NCBI RefSeq assembly: GCF_964355755.1
Contig: NC_092673.1
Location: 16,340,948-16,404,947 of the forward strand
Source of the DNA: Antedon mediterranea
Taxonomy: Eukaryota; Animalia; Echinodermata
DNA length: 64,000 nt
Reading direction: 5' to 3'
Positions 52,179 through 64,000 of this stretch are shown piece after piece. Each line of letters begins with the position of its first letter. Within the stretch, counting starts at the first letter, position 1. The position numbers were made by a program, and so were the translations under genes. Under the pieces are notes generated by a model that saw only the letters and a program-made list of their open reading frames with translations, had not been told where the DNA came from and made no database searches.

Positions 52179-54893
52179 GTGAGTGAATTCAGTTCATCAG
52201 TTCATGGAGGGGTTATACCTCCATGATCAGTTTGGCAGCCTGCCTAGCCTCTAGGCCTAGCCTACCAGGCTATAGCCTAGCTATGCATGTGTGGCCTACT
52301 AGACTAGAGGCTAGCTATTGATAAGACTAGAGTAAAATAGTCAAGCTCAAAGCTTACAAATTAGTAGATTACAAATAAAAAAGATTGTTTTCCTACCTCA
52401 AAACATACTTATTTGACAATTTCAATGATGAGCCTTTTTTTTCTACACACCACTACTGCTGTAGGCCTAGCCTACGTCGAAGTAACTGAAATTACTGACA
52501 TGACACCAGTTTCAAAATTTTATCAAAACGAAACTAAACCAATGACAAGCTCGTATCTTATGAAATTTGATCTTGCATGAAAGGATCATTCAATTTTCAA
52601 CACAACTTCTAGAACATTTTTGTATTATACAGAGACAATAATATTTGCCAATCTAAAATTCCTAAATAACCAATAATCATTTGTTTTACAATAAAGGATG
52701 ATAAAATAAACCGCCAACTGAAATCTAATGTTAATTTAACGTTGAAACATCAATGGCAACGCACTTTAGTATTAAAAAATGTATTAGTATTAAAGTATTA
52801 AATAGAATTTATCTTTAATTTAACGTTTAATTAACATTGAAAAACAAAAATAATAATTGTTTGAAAAAACAACATAATTTCAAGAGTTTTTCAACGTTGA
52901 AAACATGTCATTTGAAAATGGCAACTGGATTTCAACGTTAAAATAACGTTGGAATAACATTGAAAAACAAAAATAATAATTGTTTGAAAACAATTATTAG
53001 TTAGAAATACAATGTTATTTCAACGTTGGATCAACATTGATAAATTAACGTCAATTACTAATTAGAAAGACAATGTTATTTCAACGTTGGAGCAACATTG
53101 ATAAATTAACGTAAATTTCTTGTTAAAAATACAATGTTATTTCAACGTTGGATCAACATTGATAAATTAACGTAAATTACTAGTTAAAAATACAATGTTA
53201 TTTCAACGTTGGATCAACATTGATAAATTAACGTAAATTTCTAGTTAGAAATACAATGTTATTTCAACGTTGGATCAACATTGATAAATTAACGTAAATT
53301 TCTAGTTAGAAATACAATGTTATTTCAACGTTGGATCAACATTGATAAATTAACGTAAATTTCTAGTTAAAAATACAATGTTATTGCAACGTTGGATCAA
53401 TATTGATAAATTAATGTAAATTTCTTGTTAAAAATACAATGTTATTTCAACGTTGGATCAACATTGATAAATTAACGTAAATTTCTAGATATAAAGACAA
53501 TGTTATTTCAACGTTGTATCAACATTGATAAATTAACGTAAATTACTAGTTAGAAAGACAATGTTATTTCAACGTTGGATCAACATTAATAAATTAACGT
53601 AAATTTCTAGTTAAAAATACAATGTTATTTCAACGTTGGATCAACATTGATAAATTAACGTAAATTACTAGTTAGAAATACAATGTTATTTCAACGTTGG
53701 ATCAACATTGATAAATTAACGTAAATTACTAGTTAAAAATACAATGTTATTTCAACGTTGGATCAACATTGATAAATTAACGTAAATTTCTAGTTAAAAA
53801 TACTATGTGATTTTAACGTTGGATCAACATTGATAAATTAACGTAAATTACTAGTTAAAAATACAATGTTATTTCAACGTTGGATCAACATTGATAAATT
53901 AACGTAAATTTCTAGTTAAAAATACTATGTGATTTTAACGTTGGATCAACATTGATAAATTAACGTAAATTACTAGTTAGAAAGACAATGTTATTTCAAC
54001 GTTGGATCAACAATGATAAATTAACTTAAATTACTAGTTAAAAAGACAATGTTTTTCAACGTTGGATTAACATTAATAAATTAACGTAAATTTCTAGTTA
54101 AAAATACAATGTTATTTCAACGTTGGATCAACATTAATAAATTAACGTAAATTTCTAGTTAAAAATACATTGTTATTTCAACGTTGGATCAACATTGATA
54201 AATTAACGTAAATTACTAGTTAAAAATACAATGTTATTTCAACGTTGGATCAACATTGATAAATTAACGTAAATTACTAGTTAAAAATACAATGTTATTT
54301 CAACGTTGGATCAACATTGATAATAAAACGAAAATTTCTAGTTAGAAATACAATGTTATTTCAACGTTGGATCAACATTGATAAATTAACGTAAATTTCT
54401 AGTTAGAAAGACAATGTTATTTCAACGTTGGATCAACATTGACAAATTAACGTAAATTACTAGTTAGAAAGACAATGTTATTTCAACGTTAAATCAACAT
54501 TGATAAATTAACGTAAATTACTAGTTAGAAGGACAATGTTATTTTAACGTTGGATCAACATTGATAAATTAACGTAAATTTCTAGTTAAAAATACAATGT
54601 TATTTCAACGTTGAATCAACATTTATAAATTAACGTAAAACATTTGTTTGAAAAACAATGTTATTTCAACGTTAAATCAACATTTATTAATTAACATAAA
54701 TTACTAGTTAAAAAGAAAATGTTATTTCAACGTTGATTCAATGTTTATTACTAAACGTAAAAAAAAGAGTTAGGGAAAAAATGTTATTTCAACGTTGATT
54801 CAACGTTTGAAATACGCTGACAACATGATTTCAACAAATCAACTATATTTCAACGTTGATTCAACGTTGAAATTATGTTCTGTGCCCACTGGG
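52179..54893. mobile_element. CMC/EnSpm-like non-autonomous element with an internal 61-bp tandem array (about 52990-54700)
   Basis: Right end gtgcccactggg; caacgttg-rich subterminal repeats; period 61 (53133, 53194); left terminus not clearly matched. Confidence 0.6.
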
Positions 54894-56305
54894 GTAGGAA
54901 TCCCTGTATTTATAGTACAGGGATTTTAACAACACAATTTGTTGTGGATAAATCTAAAAGCTGTAGGAATCCCTGTATTTATAGTACAGGGATTTTGACA
55001 ACACAATTTGTTGTGGATAAATCTAAAAGCTGTAGGAATCACTGTATTTATAGTACAGGGATTTTAACAACACAATTTGTTGTGGATAAATCCAAAAGCT
55101 GTAGGAATCACTGTATTTATAGTACAGGGATTTTAACAAAACACAATTTGTTGTGGATAAATCTAAAAGCTGTAGGAATCACTGTATTTATAGTACAGGG
55201 ATTTTAACAAAACACAATTTGTTGTGGATAAATCTAAAAGCTGTAGGAATCCCTGTATTTATAGTACAGGGATTTTAACAACACAATTTGTTGTGGATAA
55301 ATCCAAAAGCTGTAGGAATCACTGTATTTATAGTACAGGGATTTTAACAACACAATTTGTTGTGGATAAATCTAAAAGCTGTAGGAATCACTGTATTTAT
55401 AGTACAGGGATTTTAACAACACAATTTGTTGTGGATAAATCCAAAAGCTGTAGGAATCACTGTATTTATAGTACAGGGATTTTAACAACACAATTTGTTG
55501 TGGATAAATCTAAAAGCTGTAGGAATCACTGTATTTATAGTACAGGGATTTTAACAACACAATTTGTTGTGGATAAATCCAAAAGCTGTAGGAATCACTG
55601 TATTTGTAGTACAGGGATTTTAACAACACAATTTGTTGTGGATAAATCCAAAAGCTGTAGGAATCACTGTATTTATAGTACAGGGATTTTAACAACACAA
55701 TTTGTTGTGGATAAATCCAAAAGCTGTAGGAATCACTGTATTTATAGTACAGGGATTTTAACAACACAATTTGTTGTGGATAAATCTAAAAGCTGTAGGA
55801 ATCCCTGTATTTATAGTACAGGGATTTTAACAAAACACAATTTGTTGTGGATAAATCCAAAAGCTGTAGGAATCACTGTATTTATAGTACAGGGATTTTA
55901 ACAACACAATTTGTTGTGGATAAATCTAAAAGCTGTAGGAATCACTGTATTTATAGTACAGGGATTTTAACAACACAATTTGTTGTGGATAAATCTAAAA
56001 GCTGTAGGAATCACTGTATTTATAGTACAGGGATTTTAACAACACAATTTGTTGTGGATAAATCTAAAAGCTGTAGGAATCACTGTATTTATAGTACAGG
56101 GATTTTAACAACACAATTTGTTGTGGATAAATCTAAAAGCTGTAGGAATCACTGTATTTATAGTACAGGGATTTTAACAACACAATTTGTTGTGGATAAA
56201 TCTAAAAGCTGTAGGAATCCCTGTATTTATAGTACAGGGATTTTAACAACACAATTTGTTGTGGATAAATCTAAAAGCTGTAGGAATCACTGTATTTATA
56301 GTGCA

Positions 56306-59300
56306 CCCAGGTAAAAATTCCAGTTGAAGACCAGTTGGGAAATTTCCCAGTTGGGAATTTTCCCTGTTGTGAATTGAGACAATTACCAGTTGTGAATTTC
56401 CCAGTTGGTCTGATAATCCCAGTTGTAAATTTTACCAGTTGTAAATTTCTCAACTGGTCTGATAATCCCAGTTGTGAATTTTCCAACTGGTCTGATCAAT
56501 CCCAGTTGTAAATTTTCCCAGTTGTACATTTTTCCCAGTTGAGAATTTTCCCAACTGGTAAATTTCAGTACAAAAACAAATTACAAAAACTACAGAACTT
56601 ATTGTTTAACTGTTTATTTTATTAACTTTAATATTTACAATTACAGTAGTTACTTTCAATTCTGCAGTACTGTAGTTAATTACCCCACAAAGGTCTTAAC
56701 GACCTGCATAACCCCTACATCTACACAAATGTCAGCATATCCCTGCCGTTTCCTTTTTACAGGTCCATGAAAATGGAGATCTAGCATTTATTCAGTAATA
56801 TATTTATGAAGTTATGGCCACCTTCTTTATTTAGTCATGTTGACAAAATTAGTCCTGAAAGAGAAAAACCAAAACAAATTGATTAAATAAACAATATACT
56901 GGTAGTACAAGGAATAAATCAAATTCAAATCTCAAGTATCAATTTATATACTGTTTTACTGAAAAAGGAAGATGGAATCATATATTAATAGAAATGAAAG
57001 AATGATTATCCAAATTATGTTCTCTACAAGCAATAGAGAGAAATGGCGAACCGCGATGACGTCACTCAAATTTCACCGAGTGGGTATAGATTGTAAACAA
57101 ACCATTTCGCCACATGTTTTTGTATGGGAAATTCCGATGGGTTGAGTTAAAAAGGAAGGTAGAAAAGAACGTTTAAAACACACATAATAGCAGTATCTTT
57201 TTTTTTTGCAACACCCTTATCAATTTTAATGTTATATGGGCAAATCTTAACATATTTTATTTTAATTTGGATTGAATTAAGACGCGTTTTTGTTATATAC
57301 TGTACCCAGCTCTAGGCCCTAGATAGTTGGCATGTATGCTGTAGTACCTCGAGCCTAGCACGGATTATCGGTTATTATAATAATAATAATATTGGAAATT
57401 CGTTATTGCGTACTGTACTCACTACTACTACTTTAGCTAGGGTGCTGCTAGGCGTCTCCTAGCTAGGTAGTAAGACTAAATAGAGCCTCTCTAGTAGATG
57501 TAGGCCTAGCATTAGTTTCAGTTTGACAACTGCCATTTTGTTATGTGGCTAGTGATGCTTCCTGCAGGGGGGCTACCACCAGTAATGATGCTTGATAACA
57601 CCATTCTACTATAATACTATAGGCCAAGTCTAATGTAGACCTACAGATATGAGATATTTTTAGGAATATGATTGTGAATGATGGATGACTTTTATACATA
57701 TTTCATTGTTTTATTGTGTAAATACACAAATACAACAAGAATTATGAGCGTTACAGCAACAACATTGGTTAGACAACGCCATGATTCACGTGTATAAACA
57801 AAGGAAATGTGTCGCCCTCAACGGTTTGTTATGATTTTATACCCACTCGGATTTTAGACGTCGGTTCGCCATTTCTCTCTATTGAAGATGAGTATCATTT
57901 CACTTTAGTTTGTCCCTTTTATTCAGATATTAGAACTAAGTATATTTTCATTTTATACAAATAACCCCTCTAAATTAAAATATATTTATCTTATGTCTAC
58001 TACAAATATCTCATTATTAAGCTTGGAAAATATATATATTTTTTTTCATTTTAACGTAGAACAGATAAGTATACATAAATATATTTACCCTTCAAATTGT
58101 ACTGCTGTACTTTTTTGGTTGGTTTATAGCCTTGTTGGTTGTATTCAAGTAAACTGGAAATCACCTGCAATTGTGTATGAAAAAAATTGAAGGAAAATTA
58201 AAAAATATAGGATATTTAGTTTAAGGAAATGGAGACAGACTAAAACAGCATGGATTAGTTTGCTTTATTATTAGATTAGTAGGCTAGCCTAGGCTTTTAG
58301 GATATGTTAAAATAGCAGCCATGCATGTCATCACGACACTAGCTAGAGTAGTGATAATACAACATGCAGAACAGTAGTACTACTGTACCTAGTTACTTAG
58401 TTTGGGCCTACAACTACTAGAGGCCTAGGGCTAGACTTTAGAGGCCTAGGGCTAGACTTTAGAGGCCTAGGCCTAGCCTAATAGGCCAAAATAACAAAAG
58501 TGATCATGAATGAATGGAAATAAATCTCGTTTGTGTGGTAATGACATGTAGGCTAATAATAGGTTAATAATATAGTATTGTTGGGCTTTGTTTCTAGCCT
58601 ACTATAGGCTAGTACTATGTAGAGGCCAATAAGACAATTTGCGGTCGTACACAGCCATGTATTGTAATCAATCAGCTAGCAAGGTGGGGCAAGCCAAGGC
58701 TGAAGCGCCTAGCTTACTAGCCAGCATGCAGCGAGCGGCGAGGCCTCCATTTTGTTGTCGATCTTTGATCATAGTTTGTAGGCCTATGCCTATAGTAATA
58801 AGAGATAATAATAGACATATATGTCAGGCCTACCTTTTATAAAACAGCAAGATTTGTGCCTCATCCTTAATTTGATGCGATTAGCCAATAATACCCATTC
58901 TAGACCTGGCATCTCTGTGCTGCGTGATCGCCGATTTTGCCGCCGAGCTACACTGGCACAAAAACAAAGGGAGCCGTTTTTGGCTGTTGGCTTGCAGTTT
59001 TCTGATTGGTTGTTTACGGTCTGCCGGCCTATACGACGCATGCTCCATTATTTTCAAAAAGTTGTGCAGTATTTCTTATTCTTTACTCGATTTTATTTGA
59101 TTTAATTTAAATAATTGTTTGTTGCAATAATATAGGATTACAAATAATAATATTAATTATATTTTGAATGGTAATTACGGACCATGCTTCTATTCCCGTC
59201 ACCTCAACCCAGAACACCCCCCCCCCACCTCTCCCCTGGGTCCTCTCCCGTACTCCCACGACGTACACCCAGCCATCCGCTTTCGCTCTTCTCCGAATTC

Positions 59301-59775
59301 CCTTGGTTGTTAGGAAAAAAACTAGTTGCAAAACCAATTGAAACAACCAGTTGCCCGGTTGAAAAACCGATTGGACCAGTTGACAGTTGAACTCAGTTGA
59401 GCTTTGGGAATACCAGTTGGCCAGTTGGAAAAACCAGTTGACCTGTTGAAAAACCAGTTGACCAGTTTGAAAAACCAGTTGACCAGTTTGAAAAACCAGT
59501 TGACCAGTTTGAAAAATCAGTTGACCAGTTGAAAAACCAGTTGACCAGTTTGAAAAACCAGTTGACCAGTTGAAAAACCAGTTGACCAGTTGAAAAACCA
59601 GTTGACCAGTTGGAAAAACCAGTTGACCAGTTGGAAAAACCAGTTAGACCAGTTGAAAAACCAGTTGACCAGTTGTTAAAACCAGTTGAACCAGTTGGAA
59701 ACCAGTTAGACCAGTTGAAGACCAGTTGGACCAGTTGAAATTTCCAACTGTTCTCAACTGGAATTTTTACCTGGG
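56306..59775. mobile_element. CMC/EnSpm-like non-autonomous transposon
   Basis: CCCAGGTAAAAATTCCAGTTGA ... TCAACTGGAATTTTTACCTGGG; 2-bp TSD CA; ccagttg subterminal arrays at both ends. Confidence 0.85.
57035..57880. mobile_element. MITE with AT TSD (ISL2EU-like) inserted in a LINE 3' remnant
   Basis: AT|AGAGAGAAATGGCGAACC ... GGTTCGCCATTTCTCTCT|AT; the rejoined flanks read LCSLQAIEDEYHFTLVCPFYSDIRTKY (LINE C-terminal CCHC-like motif). Confidence 0.75.
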
Positions 59776-61414
59776 CAGGGATTTTAACAACACAATTTGT
59801 TGTGGATAAATCTAAAAGCTGTAGGAATCACTGTATTTATAGTACAGGGATTTTAACAACACAATTTGTTGTGGATAAATCCAAAAGCTGTAGGAATCAC
59901 TGTATTTATAGTACAGTGATTTTAACAACACAATTTGTTGTGGATAAATCTAAAAGCTGTAGGAATCCCTGTATTTATAGTACAGGGATTTTAACAACAC
60001 AATTTGTTGTGGATAAATCTAAAAGCTGTAGGAATCACTGTATTTATAGTACAGGGATTTTAACAACACAATTTGTTGTGGATAAATCTAAAAGCTGTAG
60101 GAATCCCTGTATTTATAGTACAGGGATTTTTACAAAAAATGACCAAATTGATAATGATGTTATTATATTAATGATGTGCATTCTGTGTTCTTTCACCCTT
60201 TTTAATTCATATTTTGCGATATCAATGTTGTCATCCTTCATGCTGCATTTTGGTTAAAGTGTGGCCTACTGTACTTAATTGGCCTAACAATAAATATAAT
60301 AAGTCAATTCACATTAATATTTTGTTCTTTCTTTTCTAAGTTTGCAAAATTACAAAACAAAACATGACAAACACATATGTGTTTGTTCTGTTTTGCTTTT
60401 GTAATTTTGAACATATTTATATTAATAAATAACTAACATGTGCATATTATGCAAATGAGAGTGCAGAACAATGTTTAAATATAGTGAATTGAATAAATAC
60501 ATTTTTTTGTACAGAACTGAATTATATTTTTTATATGAATGAATTTTCTAATACCTATTTGTTAAAAATGAAATGTTTTATATTTTGATATTTTTCACTT
60601 TTAATTCAATTTTGTAAATTAAAACTCAATTAAGTATTTATGCTGCTGTGTTTTAATGTTTATATTCATATATTTTTTAATAAATACTAATGAATGAAAA
60701 GCTTTTTTTTTATTTGTAAGGATTGTGTGTTTGTTTGGAAGGGGGAGATTTTAACATCGAGGAGATCATTATACTGTATCAAAATGTACGTGCTTTGCTA
60801 TTCATTGTATATTATACAAAATATCCATTCCACCAATCCAGAGAGTAATAAAATTCTTCCATATTATACATTACACAGCGATAATGTTACGTAGACAAAA
60901 ATGGTGATTGCGCCCTCTATAAAAATAAAAGTTTATTCACCCACAACAAACCACTCACAACATGTCGAAGAATGTCAAACAGAAGAAGTAAGTTTTTATT
61001 TCATTATTATCATTACTGTATCCTAGCCTAGGCCTACCAACTTAGTACTATATTATATCGGCTTAGATAGGCCTATAGGCCGGCCTAGCTAGGCTAGTTC
61101 TAACTAGCTGGGACAGGCCCTACCTCTATGCTATCAAAAAGGCTTTTAGCCCTTAGCTAGGCCTATTCTAAATATAGGCTAGGCCTAACTAGAGGCCTAG
61201 ACTATATAGTGGGCCTAACCAGTAGCTAGCTAGTAGTAGGCCTACTATAGTAGGTAGTACTAGTAGGCCCTAGGCGGAGGCTAGGCCCTAGTTACGTACA
61301 GTAGTAGTAGTACTAGTAGGGCATTGGTGGTTGCCTGTCAGTGTCTGTGTCTGCTGTATCATATGGGTCTGTTTGTATGTAGAGTAGTACTAGTAGTAGT
61401 AGCCTAGGCCTTAG

Positions 61415-62303
61415 GGCGCTAGTTCCGTTTCGCACCTGTTTTTATTTCGACTTCCTTTTGACTCCAAATTGTTAAGCAACTTATTGTGAATACCACACCT
61501 TAAAATTGGGCCTCATAAGTACTTTTATGAAGAAGAATCACATAAAAAGTAACAAATAAATCCTTAAATTGATGATTTTACAGACATGTTTCTCGCATAC
61601 CGTTCGCCGCCAATTTAGCATACTCGAAGTTCAATATTTTCCTTTCTATGGAGCGCCAAAAGAGCAACAACAATAGATGGTTAAAACCTCAGTGGAATGC
61701 GTCTTCTTTTAATGCATTTATTATTGAAATACACGTTTAATTGTAATATATTTTGTCAATAAAAATGCTGTAACATTTTACTGCTAATAATTTGCTGTTT
61801 TCAAATAGCAACCAACCTAAGAGTAAAACTAAGACTAAGAGGCATATTATTTAGATTAAGGTATACCCCTACAGTACATGTAATATGATGATGAATTTGT
61901 CGATTTTCATTCCTAACTAAAAGCTCCTGAAAAAACCATGTACAGTATCAACAGTAATATTTTTGTTGCATTGACAAAATATGATAAAATTGAACGTAAT
62001 TTTTACCAATAAATGCATTAAATATACACAATTTACTGAGTTTTTAGCCCTCTATTATGATTGCTCTTTTGGCGCTCCATAGAAACAACAACATTGAACA
62101 TCGAGTATGCGAAATTCACGAACCGATGTGCGAGAAATACATCTGTAAATTCATCAATTTAAAGGATTTATTTTTTACTTTTTGTGTGATCTCCTTCGTA
62201 AAAGTATTAAAGAGGCTTAATTCTAAGGTGTGGTACTCACGATAAAGTTACTTAACCAATTTTGAGTCGAAATAAACGACAGGTGCGAAACGGAACTAGC
62301 GCC
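61415..62303. mobile_element. Foldback MITE with about 300-bp inverted arms
   Basis: GGCGCTAGTTCCGTTTCGCACCTGT ... ACAGGTGCGAAACGGAACTAGCGCC. Confidence 0.85.
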
Positions 62304-62373
62304 GGCCTGCTTAGATTAGAGGCTAGTAGTAGTAGCCTGTACGAATACAGATTTGTGCAGTAGGGGGCCTATG

Positions 62374-63135
62374 GGTCACAGTGCATTTCGGCCGCCAATC
62401 ATTTCGGCCGCCGGTTATGGAACGCCCAAATTCATGAAACTCCAAAAAGGACAAAATATGGCATGATCATTTCGGCCGCCAGGTATGGCGCGCCAAATTG
62501 AAATAGCCAGAAATAACTCATTAACTGTACAGTATTAAAGTGAAAAAAAATAACTTTATCAAGTCTATGGAACGCCACAGAGAACTATGGTCATTTAAAC
62601 TAGAGATCAGTTGTGCAATGGGCTAAATACATTTTGTTTTTGCCGTAGGCATAGATTTAAAGGTATATTAGTTACAGTATTTTACCGTCTGAATATTTTG
62701 GTCAAAATGAATATTAATTTAATGTTTATTTTTTTATTTATTTTTAAGTCCCGAAGATGCGTGTGCTTTGTAAAAATGTGTTTCTTTTAATATGAATCAA
62801 GACAAGTGTTTTTGACTGGCACATAAAAAAAACTTCAGCATCACCTCCTTCTTATTAAAAAAATATCATTAATATTCACTGTAGTGATGGCAATGTGCAC
62901 GCTATAATATCGCAACTGTTTCTGGAATTGAAGACCGCCGATTCGGCTTAATAATACAGTATTTAGTAAAATATTAACATTTTAACACACATGGCGTGTC
63001 ATACATATTCAAGAATAATTACAATTCTGGCGGCCGAAATTAACAATACATATTTTGTCCTTTTTGGCGTTTCATGAATTTGGCAATTCCATAACCGGCG
63101 GCCGAAATGACTGGCGGCCGAAATGATCAGACACC
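62374..63135. mobile_element. MITE with GG..CC ends and 8-bp TSD GGCCTATG
   Basis: catttcggccgcc repeats inverted at both ends; TSD at 62366-62373 and 63136-63143. Confidence 0.85.
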
Positions 63136-63472
63136 GGCCTATGTGCTCTGCATGCTTCGTGTTATATTATTAATTTGACCAGAAGGCCCCTGCCTGTCCT
63201 GCTTCCCAAGATTACCAGATAATCCATGACCGCGTTTGAAATCGGTCATGTTTTGAATTGGCTGCTTTTCGAATCAGTTAGGTACCCAATATATAATTTA
63301 TTGATATTCTGGAAAAAATGATAAATAATAGGAAGATTAAATGAGACTTACCTGTAAGTTGAAGTTTGATCACTATTTTATGAATATGTGAGTGAGGTGT
63401 AAACTGAGATCCCGACACGCACGCGCACCTTCATACTTTAAATGTCCAGAGTCCAGTCAATCTAGTGATATT

Positions 63473-64000
63473 TAGAGGTAAACCCACCACAAATTGCAAT
63501 AGTAACGAAACATTGATTTTTTCATTCCAAATGTACTTTAGAATGACATATTAAAAGTCACCGAAAATTGAAGCATTGGAAAACATTATTTTTAACATAA
63601 TCTCAATAACTATAGCGATTTTATTCCGTAAATATTTTTGGGGTAGGGGGTAACATTTATGCCCATAACTTGTGGTTTTATAATCCAATCTCAATAATCT
63701 TGATATCAATGTGTAGAATATATATTTCTTTCTAATATGCAATTTAAAAAAACAAAATACAACACCTATTTATATAACTAGAGGTCAAAAGGTTATTGAC
63801 CTTTTACAAAAACTCATTTTTTTCCATAAAAAAATGATTAACTGTAATATCGTATGCCATAATTGTGGATGCATTTAATCAAAATTGTGTTTTTTCTGTA
63901 CCTACAAAATACAACACCTATTTATATAACTAGAGGTCAAAAGGTTATTGACCTTTTACAAAAACTCATTTTTTTCCATAAAAAAATGATTAACTGTAAT
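63473..64000. mobile_element. Possible start of another Academ-like TIR with about 151-bp tandem sub-repeats (runs off the window)
   Basis: Begins TAGAGG..aaattgcaa and contains ggttattgaccttt, both seen in the 18017 TIR; duplicated block at about 63755 and 63906. Confidence 0.4.

Larger units (their letters stand above)
42770..60131. repeat. 69-bp satellite array split into five blocks (42770-43021, 44108-44186, 50621-52178, 54894-56305, 59776-60131)
   Basis: Unit acaatttgttgtggataaatctaaaagctgtaggaatcactgtatttatagtacagggattttaacaac in the same orientation throughout. Confidence 0.97.

Noticed and set aside
58639-59390. Cluster of short GC-richer ORFs inside the CMC-like element
   Set aside because: Overlapping on both strands with no recognisable transposase or other motifs
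42770-60131. Perfect bacterial DnaA box (TGTGGATAA) in almost every 69-bp unit
   Set aside because: One 9-mer amplified with the satellite in clearly eukaryotic DNA; no oriC context
50644-60257. Long Cys-containing 23-aa repeat ORFs (MDKSKSCRNHCIYSTGILTTQFVV...)
   Set aside because: The 69-bp unit is a multiple of 3 with one stop-free frame; frameshifting units and TE insertions interrupt the array, and there is no gene context
63340-63420. acttacctg as a U1 snRNA 5' end or DIRS-like terminus
   Set aside because: The downstream sequence does not continue as U1, and no RT or recombinase ORF is nearby; too short to call

Overview
AT-rich, intron-containing animal genomic DNA; the DED-rich content suggests a marine invertebrate, possibly an echinoderm (inference). 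The main feature is a + strand multi-exon gene whose 5' end lies upstream of the window. I assembled it by hand from GT-AG sites and exon phases. It has at least 5 tandem single-ankyrin-repeat exons (phase 0-0, near-identical introns, hypervariable inter-helix loop), a capping exon, two duplicated linker exons, ZU5 with an HF|C putative autoproteolysis motif, UPA, two micro-exons and a tandem death-effector-domain (DED) exon. It ends in either a short soluble terminus or three small exons ending in a C-terminal transmembrane anchor (2334 nt in frame, 1666-30996). The layout resembles PIDD/NLRP1/CARD8-type autoprocessing sensors, but with a diversifying ankyrin array and DED output. A broken tandem-DED paralogue follows at 36-38 kb. 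The rest is repeats: two adjacent Academ-type DNA transposons (TAG..CTA ends, 3-bp TSDs) in one intron, Helitrons, MITEs, LINE/SINE remnants, and 71-, 104-, 62-, 69-, 97- and 61-bp tandem arrays. The 69-bp array carries four large insertions. All domain and TE family calls are by-eye motif recognition, not database hits.
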